Part shown: in pieces, positions 6,733 to 14,329 of the stretch
How positions within the stretch are numbered: position 1 is the first letter of the stretch
Layout of the letters: each line of letters starts with the position of its first letter
Virus record (IMG/VR): IMGVR_UViG_2541047698_000010
Direction: 5' to 3' (one strand)
Length of the DNA: 15,255 nucleotides
Source of the DNA: a virus
Taxonomy: Duplodnaviria > Heunggongvirae > Uroviricota > Caudoviricetes
The notes under the pieces: model-generated
The model's database searches: none
Told to the model about the DNA's origin: nothing
Seen by the model: only the letters and a program-made list of their open reading frames with translations
Program-made: the position numbers and the translations under genes

Positions 6733-7067
6733 ACAGTTTAACAACACACTACCGTCGCTCGCAACTGATTGCGCTTCCTGTACCGGGTGGAAAAGCGAAG
6801 GTGGAATATTGCTATGCAGTGAATGTACCAGGTGACAGGGAAATTGTAACCCACAGCTTTGCAGAGTGGGCTGTGGGGGATTTCAACCGGCAGAAGGAGA
6901 CAGTCCTTTGCGACAAGTTAACCGCTGGTTCAAAGATCACTACGGAGTGCCCGTCAGAGTCATTCGTTGGGAACCGGAAACACAACGGGTTATCTACCTC
7001 CGCGAAGGCTATGAGCATGAGTGCTTCAGTCCGCTCGAACAGTTTCGTCGTAAATTCAGGGAAATAG
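6729..7067 (+). CDS. Hypothetical protein (112 aa); frame uncertain in its 3' half
   Basis: ATGA start-stop overlap with the upstream gene. Its TAG stop lies inside the GAGG Shine-Dalgarno of the O-like gene. An overlapping frame (6866-7087) encodes a more globular-looking peptide. Confidence 0.35.
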   Translation: MNSLTTHYRRSQLIALPVPGGKAKVEYCYAVNVPGDREIVTHSFAEWAVGDFNRQKETVLCDKLTAGSKITTECPSESFVGNRKHNGLSTSAKAMSMSASVRSNSFVVNSGK

Positions 7068-7076
7068 AGGTCGGTC

Positions 7077-8018
7077 ATGAGCACTAAATTAACCGGCTAT
7101 GTATGGGATGGTTGCGCAGCGTCAGGCATGAAATTATCCAGCGTGGCAATTATGGCCCGCCTGGCTGATTTCAGTAATGACGAAGGTGTGTGCTGGCCAT
7201 CGATTGAAACCATTGCCCGCCAGATTGGCGCGGGGATGAGTACAGTCAGAACGGCTATCGCACGGCTGGAAGCAGAAGGCTGGTTAACGCGTAAGGCGCG
7301 TCGCCAGGGTAACCGCAATGCGTCGAATGTTTATCAGCTTAACGTTGCGAAGCTTCAGGCTGCGGCATTTTCTCAACTGTCAGATTCTGACCCGTCAAAA
7401 TCTGACGCATCAAAATCTGACCCGTCAAAATTTGATGCGTCGAAATCTGGCAAAAAAGCGGGTTTTCACCCGTCAGAATCTGGCGGGGATCCGTCAGTAA
7501 AATCAAAACATGATCCGTCAGATAAAAAACCTTCTCGTCCGGACGCTTCGCAACCGGACACGCAGACGGCTGAACAGGATTTTTTAACTCGCCATCCTGA
7601 TGCGGTTGTATTCAGCCCTAAAAAGCGCCAGTGGGGGACGCAGGATGATTTGACCTGCGCACAGTGGCTCTGGAAAAAAATCATCGCCCTGTACGAGCAG
7701 GCTGCCGAATGTGACGGCGAGGTGGTTCGTCCCAAAGAACCGAACTGGACAGCCTGGGCAAACGAAATTCGCCTGATGTGTGTGCAGGATGGTCGTACTC
7801 ACAAACAAATCTGCGAGATGTACAGCCGCGTCAGCCGCGATCCGTTCTGGTGCCGTAACGTGCTCAGCCCGTCGAAGCTGCGGGAAAAATGGGATGAGCT
7901 TTCCCTGCGCTTATCGCCGTCCGTAAGCACGTACACCGAAAAACGCGAAGACGCGTACTTCAAAGCCAGTTACGACAACGTGGACTACAGCCAGATCCCG
8001 GCAGGATTCAGGGGGTAA
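7077..8018 (+). CDS. Replication initiator, O-like (N-terminal winged-helix DNA-binding domain, repeat-encoded linker, C-terminal domain)
   Basis: 313 aa. N-terminus (..CWPSIETIARQIGAGMSTVRTAIARLEAEGWL..) is a replication-initiator winged helix. The central SDPSKSDASKSDPSKFDASKS linker is encoded by the iteron array. Confidence 0.75.
   Translation: MSTKLTGYVWDGCAASGMKLSSVAIMARLADFSNDEGVCWPSIETIARQIGAGMSTVRTAIARLEAEGWLTRKARRQGNRNASNVYQLNVAKLQAAAFSQLSDSDPSKSDASKSDPSKFDASKSGKKAGFHPSESGGDPSVKSKHDPSDKKPSRPDASQPDTQTAEQDFLTRHPDAVVFSPKKRQWGTQDDLTCAQWLWKKIIALYEQAAECDGEVVRPKEPNWTAWANEIRLMCVQDGRTHKQICEMYSRVSRDPFWCRNVLSPSKLREKWDELSLRLSPSVSTYTEKREDAYFKASYDNVDYSQIPAGFRG
7386..7450. repeat. Iteron-like tandem repeats (about 15-bp period, four to five copies) inside the O-like gene; candidate origin of replication
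   Basis: tctgacccgtcaaaa / tctgacgcatcaaaa / tctgacccgtcaaaa / tttgatgcgtcgaaa at 7386-7445. Further CCGTCAG copies and an A-rich stretch extend to about 7530. Confidence 0.55.
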
Positions 8019-8020
8019 TC

Positions 8021-8509
8021 ATGAGTCTTTTGAATGAAGTTCAGAAATTCATTGAAGCCCATCCGGGGTGTACTTCCGGAGACATTGCGGATGCTTTTGC
8101 AGGCTACTCACGGCAGCGCGTTCTGCAGTCAGCAAGCAAGTTACGTCAGAGTGGGCGTGTGGCTCACCGTTGTGAAGGGGATACACGCAGACATTTCCCG
8201 CGCCTGACTGAGAGAGCGCAGGAGCCGGAACCACAACCAGTTCGTGAAACCAGACCTGCGCGCAATTTCTATGTCGGCACTAACGATCCACGGGTAATTT
8301 TGTGCCTGACCCGCCAGGCTGAAGAACTGGAGTCCAGGGGCTTATACCGTCGTGCTGCAACCGTGTGGATGGCGGCATTCCGTGAAAGCCACTCCCAACC
8401 AGAACGAAACAATTTTCTGGCGCGTCGTGAGCGGTGTTTACGGAAAAGCAGCAAGCGCGCTGCATCGGGTGAAGAGTGGTATCTGTCAGGGAATTACGTG
8501 GGGGCTTAA
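8021..8509 (+). CDS. Hypothetical protein (162 aa), replication-module associated
   Basis: ATG at 8021 after a GGGGG Shine-Dalgarno, immediately downstream of the O-like gene. Stop overlaps the methyltransferase start (TAATG). Confidence 0.55.
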   Translation: MSLLNEVQKFIEAHPGCTSGDIADAFAGYSRQRVLQSASKLRQSGRVAHRCEGDTRRHFPRLTERAQEPEPQPVRETRPARNFYVGTNDPRVILCLTRQAEELESRGLYRRAATVWMAAFRESHSQPERNNFLARRERCLRKSSKRAASGEEWYLSGNYVGA

Positions 8510-9162
8510 TGAGTAATAAATATTGCCAGGCGCTGGTGGAACTGCGGAACAAACCAGCCCATGAACTGAAGGAAGTGGGCGATCAGTGGCGCACGCCGGA
8601 CAACATTTTCTGGGGAATTAACACCCTGTTTGGCCCGTTTGTTCTGGATCTGTTCACTGACGGTGATAACACCAAATGTGCTGCGTATTACACGGCGGAA
8701 GACAACGCGCTGGCGCATGACTGGTCAGAACGTCTTGCGGAGCTTAAAGGTGCTGCCTTTGGTAATCCCCCATACAGCCGCGCCAGTCAGCATGAGGGGC
8801 AATACATCACAGGCATGCGTTACATCATGAAGCATGCCAGTGCCATGCGTGATAAAGGTGGGCGCTATGTTTTCCTGATCAAAGCTGCCACCAGCGAAGT
8901 GTGGTGGCCGGAAGATGCAGATCATATTGCTTTTATTCGCGGGCGTATTGGTTTTGAACTGCCTGCCTGGTTTATCCCGAAAGATGAGAAGCAGGTGCCG
9001 ACAGGCGCTTTCTTCGCTGGTGCTATTGCTGTTTTCGACAAGACCTGGAAGGGACCGGCAATCAGCTACATCGGGCGCGATGAACTTGAGGCATGTGGTG
9101 AGGCGTTTCTGGCGCAGGTTCGCCAGCAGGCGGAAAAACTGGTCAGGGAGATGGCGGCATGA
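8509..9162 (+). CDS. Phage-type DNA N6-adenine methyltransferase (Dam family)
   Basis: 217 aa from the ATG at 8509. Motif IV ..FGNPPYS.. is characteristic of N6-adenine methyltransferases. The ORF-track GTG start at 8476 overlaps the upstream gene. Confidence 0.8.
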   Translation: MSNKYCQALVELRNKPAHELKEVGDQWRTPDNIFWGINTLFGPFVLDLFTDGDNTKCAAYYTAEDNALAHDWSERLAELKGAAFGNPPYSRASQHEGQYITGMRYIMKHASAMRDKGGRYVFLIKAATSEVWWPEDADHIAFIRGRIGFELPAWFIPKDEKQVPTGAFFAGAIAVFDKTWKGPAISYIGRDELEACGEAFLAQVRQQAEKLVREMAA

Positions 9163-9485
9163 CGACGTTAACTCAATGCCAGCAGCAGGTGCTGGATATG
9201 CTGATTTCTTATCAGAAAGAACGTGGCTTCCCGCCAACCAATCAGGAGGTGGCAACCATGCTGGGATACCGTTCAGTGAATGCAGCGGTGGAGCATCTTC
9301 GCGCACTGGAGAAAAAAGGCGTCATCACGATAAAGCGTGGTGTGGCCCGGGGGATCACGCTTCATACCGTGGTGAAGGACGACGACAGCGAGGCGGTCGG
9401 GATTATCCGCTCACTGCTTGCCGGTGAGGAAAACGCCAGGCTGCGTGCAGCCCACTGGTTACATGAGAGGGGCCTGAAAGTATGA
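9159..9485 (+). CDS. LexA DNA-binding-domain-only protein (108 aa; no S24 peptidase domain)
   Basis: Residues 5-68 align with the LexA N-terminal domain (LT..QQ.V.D.I......G.PPT..E.A..LG.RS.NAA.EHL.AL..KGVI.I..G..RGI.L). The recognition-helix region SVNAAVEHLRAL is conserved. The protein ends about 40 aa later. Confidence 0.7.
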   Translation: MTTLTQCQQQVLDMLISYQKERGFPPTNQEVATMLGYRSVNAAVEHLRALEKKGVITIKRGVARGITLHTVVKDDDSEAVGIIRSLLAGEENARLRAAHWLHERGLKV

Positions 9486-9877
9486 AGCTGATCCTACCTT
9501 TTCCGCCCAGCGTGAACACGTACTGGCGACACCCCAACAAAGGGGCGTTTGCTGGTAAGAGCCTGATAAGCGCGGCGGGGCGAAAATTCCAGAGCGCGGC
9601 GTGTGCAGCAATAGTTGAGCAGTTACGTCGTCTGCCGAAACCAACGTCGGCACCTGCTTCAGTGGAGATCGTGTTGTTTCCTCCGGATAACCGGATCCGC
9701 GATCTGGACAACTATAACAAGGCGCTGTTTGACGCCCTGACCCACGCGGGTGTGTGGGAAGACGACAGTCAGGTGAAAAGAATGCTGGTGGAGTGGGGAC
9801 CGGTTATCCCGGAGGGGAAGGTCGAGATCACTATCAGTAAGTACGAAAAAGCGAGTTGCAAATTAGCAACTCGGTAA
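9482..9877 (+). CDS. rusA: RusA-family Holliday-junction resolvase
   Basis: 131 aa with the LPFPPSVNTYW motif and an acidic DLDNYNKALFDAL segment. ATGA coupling with the upstream gene. Confidence 0.8.
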   Translation: MKLILPFPPSVNTYWRHPNKGAFAGKSLISAAGRKFQSAACAAIVEQLRRLPKPTSAPASVEIVLFPPDNRIRDLDNYNKALFDALTHAGVWEDDSQVKRMLVEWGPVIPEGKVEITISKYEKASCKLATR

Positions 9878-9922
9878 CGGAATTGAGCAACACCCTAAAT
9901 TTGGGTATTACCTCGTTAAAGA

Positions 9923-9942
9923 TACTGTATTTATGAACAGTG
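9923..9942. promoter_or_regulatory. SOS box (LexA operator) in the rusA / KilA-N intergenic region
   Basis: TACTGTATTTATGAACAGTG has the CTGT-N8-ACAG core and matches 16 of 20 positions of TACTGTATATATATACAGTA. A candidate promoter (TTGAGC 9883-9888, 17 nt, TATTAC 9906-9911) lies just upstream. Confidence 0.55.
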
Positions 9943-10039
9943 TATCCTTGATAACTATTAAAAATCGCAGTAAGTTCATCCTGCATCAACGAAAAGGGAG
10001 TGCAGTCCCGCTCGTGGATAAAAATTTGTGGAGAAACCA

Positions 10040-10855
10040 ATGAATCAGTTGCTTGTAATTGATGGCGTTTCTGTGCGCCAGTACTTCGAATCTAACTACT
10101 GTCTTAACGACCTTCAGAAAGCAGCTCTTCTTGCCGCTGGTGAGAATCGCTCCTCCCGTTCGCTGGAAGTTCACGAGTTTATGCGTCGTCCTGAAACGAA
10201 GGCTCTTGTGGAATTATTGGAAGAAGAAACTACGGGAGATTCCCGTAGTATTCCTGTCATCACCATTCAGGGGCGCAATGGTGGGACGTATGTCTGTAAA
10301 GAGCTGGTCTATGCATATGCAATGTGGATCAGCCCGGCATTCAGCTTAAAAGTGATACGTACTTTTGATGCGCTTCATAATTCATCACCAGAAGAAACCA
10401 CATCCGACAAAATTAAATCCGGGGTCATTCTGCTTGAATCAGCAGCAAAGACTCTAAATCTGTCAAACTCCTCGAAACTTGGTGCATACCAGAAATTATC
10501 AAAGGTAGCTGGTCTTCCTGAACTTATGCCGATCTATGCCATTGATGCACCTGCTGATGCGCCAGATGGTTCAAGCCGCCCTACGCTGTCGCTGAGTGCA
10601 CTGCTGAAGCAGTATGGTATCCGCCTGACGGCTAATCAGGCATATCACCAGATGGCGAAGCTGGGGATCGTTGAACAACGCGAACGATACAGCCGTACCG
10701 CGATTAACAACATCAAAAAATTCTGGTCGCTGACCGCGAAAGGCTGCATGTTCGGCAAGAACATCACCAGTCCTGCAAATCCGCGCGAGACGCAGCCGCA
10801 TTTCTTCGAATCCCGATTCCCTGAGCTGTTAAAGCTGCTCGATACCGTTCATTGA
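10040..10855 (+). CDS. KilA-N domain protein (antirepressor / Roi-like)
   Basis: N-terminal 110 aa (..VIDGVSVRQYFESNYCLNDLQKAA.. ..IPVITIQGRNGGTYVCKELVYAYAMWISPAF..) resemble a KilA-N domain. ATG at 10040 with GGAG 6 nt upstream. The ORF-track GTG at 10028 is less likely. Confidence 0.7.
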   Translation: MNQLLVIDGVSVRQYFESNYCLNDLQKAALLAAGENRSSRSLEVHEFMRRPETKALVELLEEETTGDSRSIPVITIQGRNGGTYVCKELVYAYAMWISPAFSLKVIRTFDALHNSSPEETTSDKIKSGVILLESAAKTLNLSNSSKLGAYQKLSKVAGLPELMPIYAIDAPADAPDGSSRPTLSLSALLKQYGIRLTANQAYHQMAKLGIVEQRERYSRTAINNIKKFWSLTAKGCMFGKNITSPANPRETQPHFFESRFPELLKLLDTVH

Positions 10856-10856
10856 G

Positions 10857-11852
10857 GTGACCGTGAGAGCACTACTGACCCCTGAAATTGCCCCGCGTAT
10901 GGGGATCGTATTGTTCAGACCAGGTTCAGAGCTGATGCCCTTGTTTATGCAGGGGCGTGTCCTGCTGGAGCCTGAGCCGGAACGTTATTCATCTTTCGCC
11001 AGTGGTGCCGTTCCGGCGGCATCACAACCGCTGGCGGATGATCCTGCCGTTCGGGCCGTGTTCCGCAATGAGGCAGTGATCCGTCGTGCTGGTGGCGTGG
11101 AATGTCTTGAAAGCTGGTTACTTCGTGAAAAAGGCTGCCAGTGGCCTCATTCCGACTGGCACAGCGAGAACATGACAACAATGCGACACGCTCCGGGCGC
11201 AATCCGTCTGTGCTGGCACTGCGATAACCAGCTGCGCGATCAGTTCACGGAACGGCTGGAATCAATGGCAACGGATAACTGTGCCCGCTGGGTGTTGTCT
11301 GTTGTGCGTCGGGATCTCGGTTTTGATGACAGTCATGTTGTGACAATGCCGGAACTGTGCTGGTGGCTGATTCGTAATGATCTGGCGGATGCCTTACCGG
11401 AAAGTGCAGCCCGTAAGGCACTGAGATTACCGAAGCCTGTTGTGCCGTCTGTTACCCGGGAAAGTGACCTTGTGCCTTCGGTTCCTGCCACCAGCATCAT
11501 CCAGGATAAGGCGAAAAAGGTGCTGGCGCTGAAAGTGGATCCGGAGTCGCCGGAGTCTTTTATGTTACGCCCAAAACGTCACCGCTGGGTTAATGAAAAG
11601 TACACGCGCTGGGTTAAGACGCAGCCGTGCGCATGTTGTGGAAAACCTGCTGATGATCCCCACCACCTGATAGGCCACGGTCAGGGGGGAATGGGTACAA
11701 AAGCGCATGACCTTTTTGTGTTGCCTTTGTGCAGAAAGCATCACGACGAGCTGCATGCGGATACCGTGGCATTTGAAGAGAAGTATGGCTCCCAGCTGGA
11801 GCTGATATTTCGTTTTATCGATCGCGCACTGGCGATTGGTGTGCTGGCCTGA
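10857..11852 (+). CDS. DUF968-like protein with C-terminal HNH-like zinc-finger motif
   Basis: 331-aa ORF. C-terminus C.CC....DDPHHL....GG.G.K.HD.....[10 protein letters not shown] resembles a His-Me / HNH finger. Start codon uncertain (GTG at 10857 or a downstream ATG). Confidence 0.55.
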   Translation: MTVRALLTPEIAPRMGIVLFRPGSELMPLFMQGRVLLEPEPERYSSFASGAVPAASQPLADDPAVRAVFRNEAVIRRAGGVECLESWLLREKGCQWPHSDWHSENMTTMRHAPGAIRLCWHCDNQLRDQFTERLESMATDNCARWVLSVVRRDLGFDDSHVVTMPELCWWLIRNDLADALPESAARKALRLPKPVVPSVTRESDLVPSVPATSIIQDKAKKVLALKVDPESPESFMLRPKRHRWVNEKYTRWVKTQPCACCGKPADDPHHLIGHGQGGMGTKAHDLFVLPLCRKHHDELHADTVAFEEKYGSQLELIFRFIDRALAIGVLA

Positions 11853-11869
11853 TTTTGTGGAGAAAGTTA

Positions 11870-12253
11870 ATGCGTGATATTCAGATGGTTCTTGAACGTT
11901 GGGGAGCGTGGGCGGCTAATAATCATGAAGATGTGACCTGGTCGTCCATTGCCGCCGGTTTTAAGGGATTAATTCCTTCAAAAGTAAAATCTCGCCCGCA
12001 ATGTTGTGACGATGACGCGATGATCATTTGCGGGTGCATGGCCCGTCTGAAAAAGAACAACAGCGATTTACACGATTTATTAGTAGATTATTATGTATGT
12101 GGTATGACATTCATGTCACTGGCAAGTAAGCATTGCTGCTCGGATGGTTATATCGGGAAAAGGTTACAGAAGGCTGAGGGCATAATTGAAGGGATGTTAA
12201 TGGCATTAGATATCCGGTTAGATATGGATATCGTTGCTAATAATTCTAATTGA
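11870..12253 (+). CDS. Q: Late-gene antiterminator Q (phage 82 / DLP12 QuuD type)
   Basis: 127 aa from the ATG at 11870 with GGAGAAA upstream. [26 protein letters not shown]... is recalled as 82-type Q. The ORF-track TTG at 11855 is unlikely. Confidence 0.8.
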   Translation: MRDIQMVLERWGAWAANNHEDVTWSSIAAGFKGLIPSKVKSRPQCCDDDAMIICGCMARLKKNNSDLHDLLVDYYVCGMTFMSLASKHCCSDGYIGKRLQKAEGIIEGMLMALDIRLDMDIVANNSN

Positions 12254-12275
12254 TATGCAATTGTTTACTAAAAGT

Positions 12276-12303
12276 TATTAAAAATGGGGCGTGGAAACGC
12301 CCC
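12276..12303 (-). terminator. Intrinsic terminator for the leftward porin / sRNA transcript
   Basis: Stem GGGGCGT (12286-12292) / ACGCCCC (12297-12303), 4-nt loop, followed on the minus strand by AUUUUUAAU. Confidence 0.5.
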
Positions 12304-12450
12304 CAAAATAAAGGGTAATATATAACAGAAGGTTTATATAGTAAGAAGCAAGGTAGTGCTTCTAAAGGAAGTGGCTTGAGGGCTCCACTTATATGTTGCG
12401 GAGGCAAAGCCTCCCGCAACATATCTTTTTCGTAAGTCAGATTAGAACTG
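12280..12450 (-). ncRNA. ipeX: Candidate IpeX-like sRNA at the porin 3' end
   Basis: By analogy with DLP12, where IpeX spans the nmpC 3' end and intergenic region. Here there is about 170 nt between the porin stop and the minus-strand terminator. No promoter was verified. Confidence 0.3.
12395..12430 (+). terminator. Intrinsic terminator for rightward transcription leaving Q (tR'-like or insulator)
   Basis: 11-bp stem with one bulge (12395-12405 / 12409-12420), loop AAA, followed by AUAUCUUUUU on the plus strand. Not U-flanked on the minus strand. Confidence 0.5.
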
Positions 12451-13524
12451 ATAAACCAGACCTACAGCGACGATGTCGTCGGTATCAATACCAGCTGTTT
12501 TGGTAAACTTACTATCGTCAATTAAGTTGATTTTGTAATCAACAAAAGTGGACATGTTTTTATTAAAGTAGTAAGTAGCACCGACATCGACATACTTGAC
12601 TAAGTCTCGGTCACCATGAACACCAAGGTCTTTACCTTTTGACTGAAGGTAAGCAACAGATGGACGCAGACCGAAGTCAAACTGATATTGTGCTACTGCT
12701 TCAAAGTTTTGTGCTTTGTTTGCAATATGGTTATTACCAAAAACGGTCATATTCTGAGTTTCAGAATATGTGGTAGCCAGATAGATATTGTTCGCATCAT
12801 ATTTCAGGCCTGCAGCCCATACTTCCGCATTTTTGCCGGAGGCATTGAATTTGCTCTTACCATAGGCGACCTGACCGTCAGTGCGATCTGATTTAGCATA
12901 GGTTGCACCCACGCCGAATCCTTCATACTCATAAGTAGTGGAGAAACCGAAACCATCACCATTGGCTTCAGTTACGTCAGTGCGGTCATTTTTACCCTGA
13001 TACTGAGCAGCAAAGTTCAGGCCATCGACCAGACCAAAGAAGTCGTTGTTACGATAAGTTGCAACACCAGTAGTGCGACCAGTCATGAACACATCTGTTT
13101 GGGTCCAGGTATCACCACCGAATTCTGGCAGGACGTCAGTCCACGCACCGATGTCGTATGCTACACCGTAGTTACGGCCGTAATCGATTGAGCCGTAATC
13201 ACCAAATTTCAGGCCTGCAAATGCAAGACGGGTTTTGTCTTTGGAAGAACCTTGAGATTCAGCACGGTTGCCTTTGAATTCATATTCCCACTGACCGAAA
13301 CCAGTCAGTTGATCGTTGATTTGGGTTTCACCTTTGAAGCCAAGACGGGCATAAGTAGTATCACCATCATCTGCATCATTAGAGGAGAAGTAGTGCTTGG
13401 CATTAACTTTCCCGTATAGATCCAGCTTGTTACTGTCTTTATTATAAATTTCAGCTGCCTGAGCAGACATCGCCATCAGTACTGATGCAGCTACAGCAGA
13501 AATTGCCACTGTTAATTTTTTCAT
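12442..13524 (-). CDS. nmpC: OmpC/OmpF-family general porin, prophage-encoded (NmpC / Lc-like)
   Basis: 360 aa with a signal peptide ([23 protein letters not shown]), a beta-barrel pattern with alternating aromatics, and C-terminal ..VGLVYQF. Opposite strand to Q and the lysis genes, as in DLP12 and PA-2. Confidence 0.9.
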   Translation of the reverse strand: MKKLTVAISAVAASVLMAMSAQAAEIYNKDSNKLDLYGKVNAKHYFSSNDADDGDTTYARLGFKGETQINDQLTGFGQWEYEFKGNRAESQGSSKDKTRLAFAGLKFGDYGSIDYGRNYGVAYDIGAWTDVLPEFGGDTWTQTDVFMTGRTTGVATYRNNDFFGLVDGLNFAAQYQGKNDRTDVTEANGDGFGFSTTYEYEGFGVGATYAKSDRTDGQVAYGKSKFNASGKNAEVWAAGLKYDANNIYLATTYSETQNMTVFGNNHIANKAQNFEAVAQYQFDFGLRPSVAYLQSKGKDLGVHGDRDLVKYVDVGATYYFNKNMSTFVDYKINLIDDSKFTKTAGIDTDDIVAVGLVYQF

Positions 13525-13900
13525 TGTACGCCCTTTTTTTTGAACTATTATTAAAAAATGATGTCACTGCGCGATAAATATTCATCTAATCAATGCGATT
13601 ATTTCAAGATGTAAGTTTTAGTTTCTCATTTAATTTGTGAAGTAGATCTCTATTTTTATCTAAACCTTTTCTATCTAATCCTATTCATGGCTCTTGTTTG
13701 AACGAAAATAAATCTATTAGCTAATTTATATTAATGGCACTTATTTATAAGAGATCTATAATTCTTTAGCTTAATTTAAACAAACTAAAAATAACATCGG
13801 AAATTATTCATTGGTTATTTGTTGAAGTTTTCTTATGTATTTGTGGTGGTGTTTTGAACACTCGGTGGCATTCTCACAAATATCATTTAGTAGTTTACGT
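13525..13900 (-). promoter_or_regulatory. AT-rich upstream regulatory region of the porin gene
   Basis: About 375 bp of strongly AT-rich DNA with A/T tracts directly 5' of the porin start. No individual promoter boxes were assigned. Confidence 0.35.
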
Positions 13901-13951
13901 ACGTAAAAAATTGGTTATGCTGTTAAGAGTGGTTACTTCGTCACACAGCTT

Positions 13952-13984
13952 AAACCCGCCGTCGAGCGGGTTTTTCCATTTTTT
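13952..13984 (+). terminator. Intrinsic terminator upstream of the lysis cassette (tR'-like)
   Basis: 8-bp stem AAACCCGC / GCGGGTTT (13952-13959 / 13966-13973), 6-nt loop, then TTCCATTTTTT. Confidence 0.65.
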
Positions 13985-14113
13985 GAGTCTCGATATTAGC
14001 TGATAACCCAATACCTGAGTTATTCACTGACTCCGAATCTGTTACGTTTCTGCCTTTATTGCGATACGTAGTATCCCCTTAATTTACACCCGCTTTGTCT
14101 GCGAGGTGGGGTT

Positions 14114-14329
14114 ATGAAATCCATGGATAAGTTAACAACGGGTGTCGCCTATGGCACCTCAGCAGGTAGTGCCGGATACTGGTTTTTACAGCTGCTAGAT
14201 AAAGTCACGCCCTCACAGTGGGCGGCAATTGGAGTGCTGGGTAGCCTGGTATTTGGCCTGCTGACGTACCTGACAAACCTTTATTTCAAGATTAAAGAAG
14301 ATAAGCGCAAGGCTGCGAGAGGTGGATAA
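14114..14329 (+). CDS. essD: Class II holin, phage 21 S-type pinholin with dual start (S21-71 / S21-68)
   Basis: 71 aa beginning MKSMDK (Met1 and Met4 dual-start motif), two transmembrane segments, basic C-terminus. GAGGTGGGG Shine-Dalgarno upstream. Confidence 0.9.

Noticed and set aside
7386-7450. Tandem repeats checked as a possible CRISPR array
   Set aside because: The 15-bp units are directly adjacent with no spacers and lie inside a coding sequence. They are iterons, not a CRISPR array.
7318-7500. 60-aa ORF with repeated NLTRQ peptide, and other ORFs nested in the O-like gene (7097-7318, 7466-7735, 7584-7808)
   Set aside because: These are alternative-frame or antisense readings of the iteron repeats and the initiator gene.
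8725-9427. Long ORFs (193 aa minus, 170 aa plus) overlapping the Dam and LexA-like genes
   Set aside because: Alternative frames of well-supported genes. Arg/Ser/Cys-rich translations.
9853-9872. 7-bp perfect inverted repeat GAGTTGC-AAATTA-GCAACTC at the 3' end of rusA, considered as a terminator
   Set aside because: No U-tract on either strand and it lies inside the last rusA codons. Possibly a protein-binding palindrome, but unsupported.
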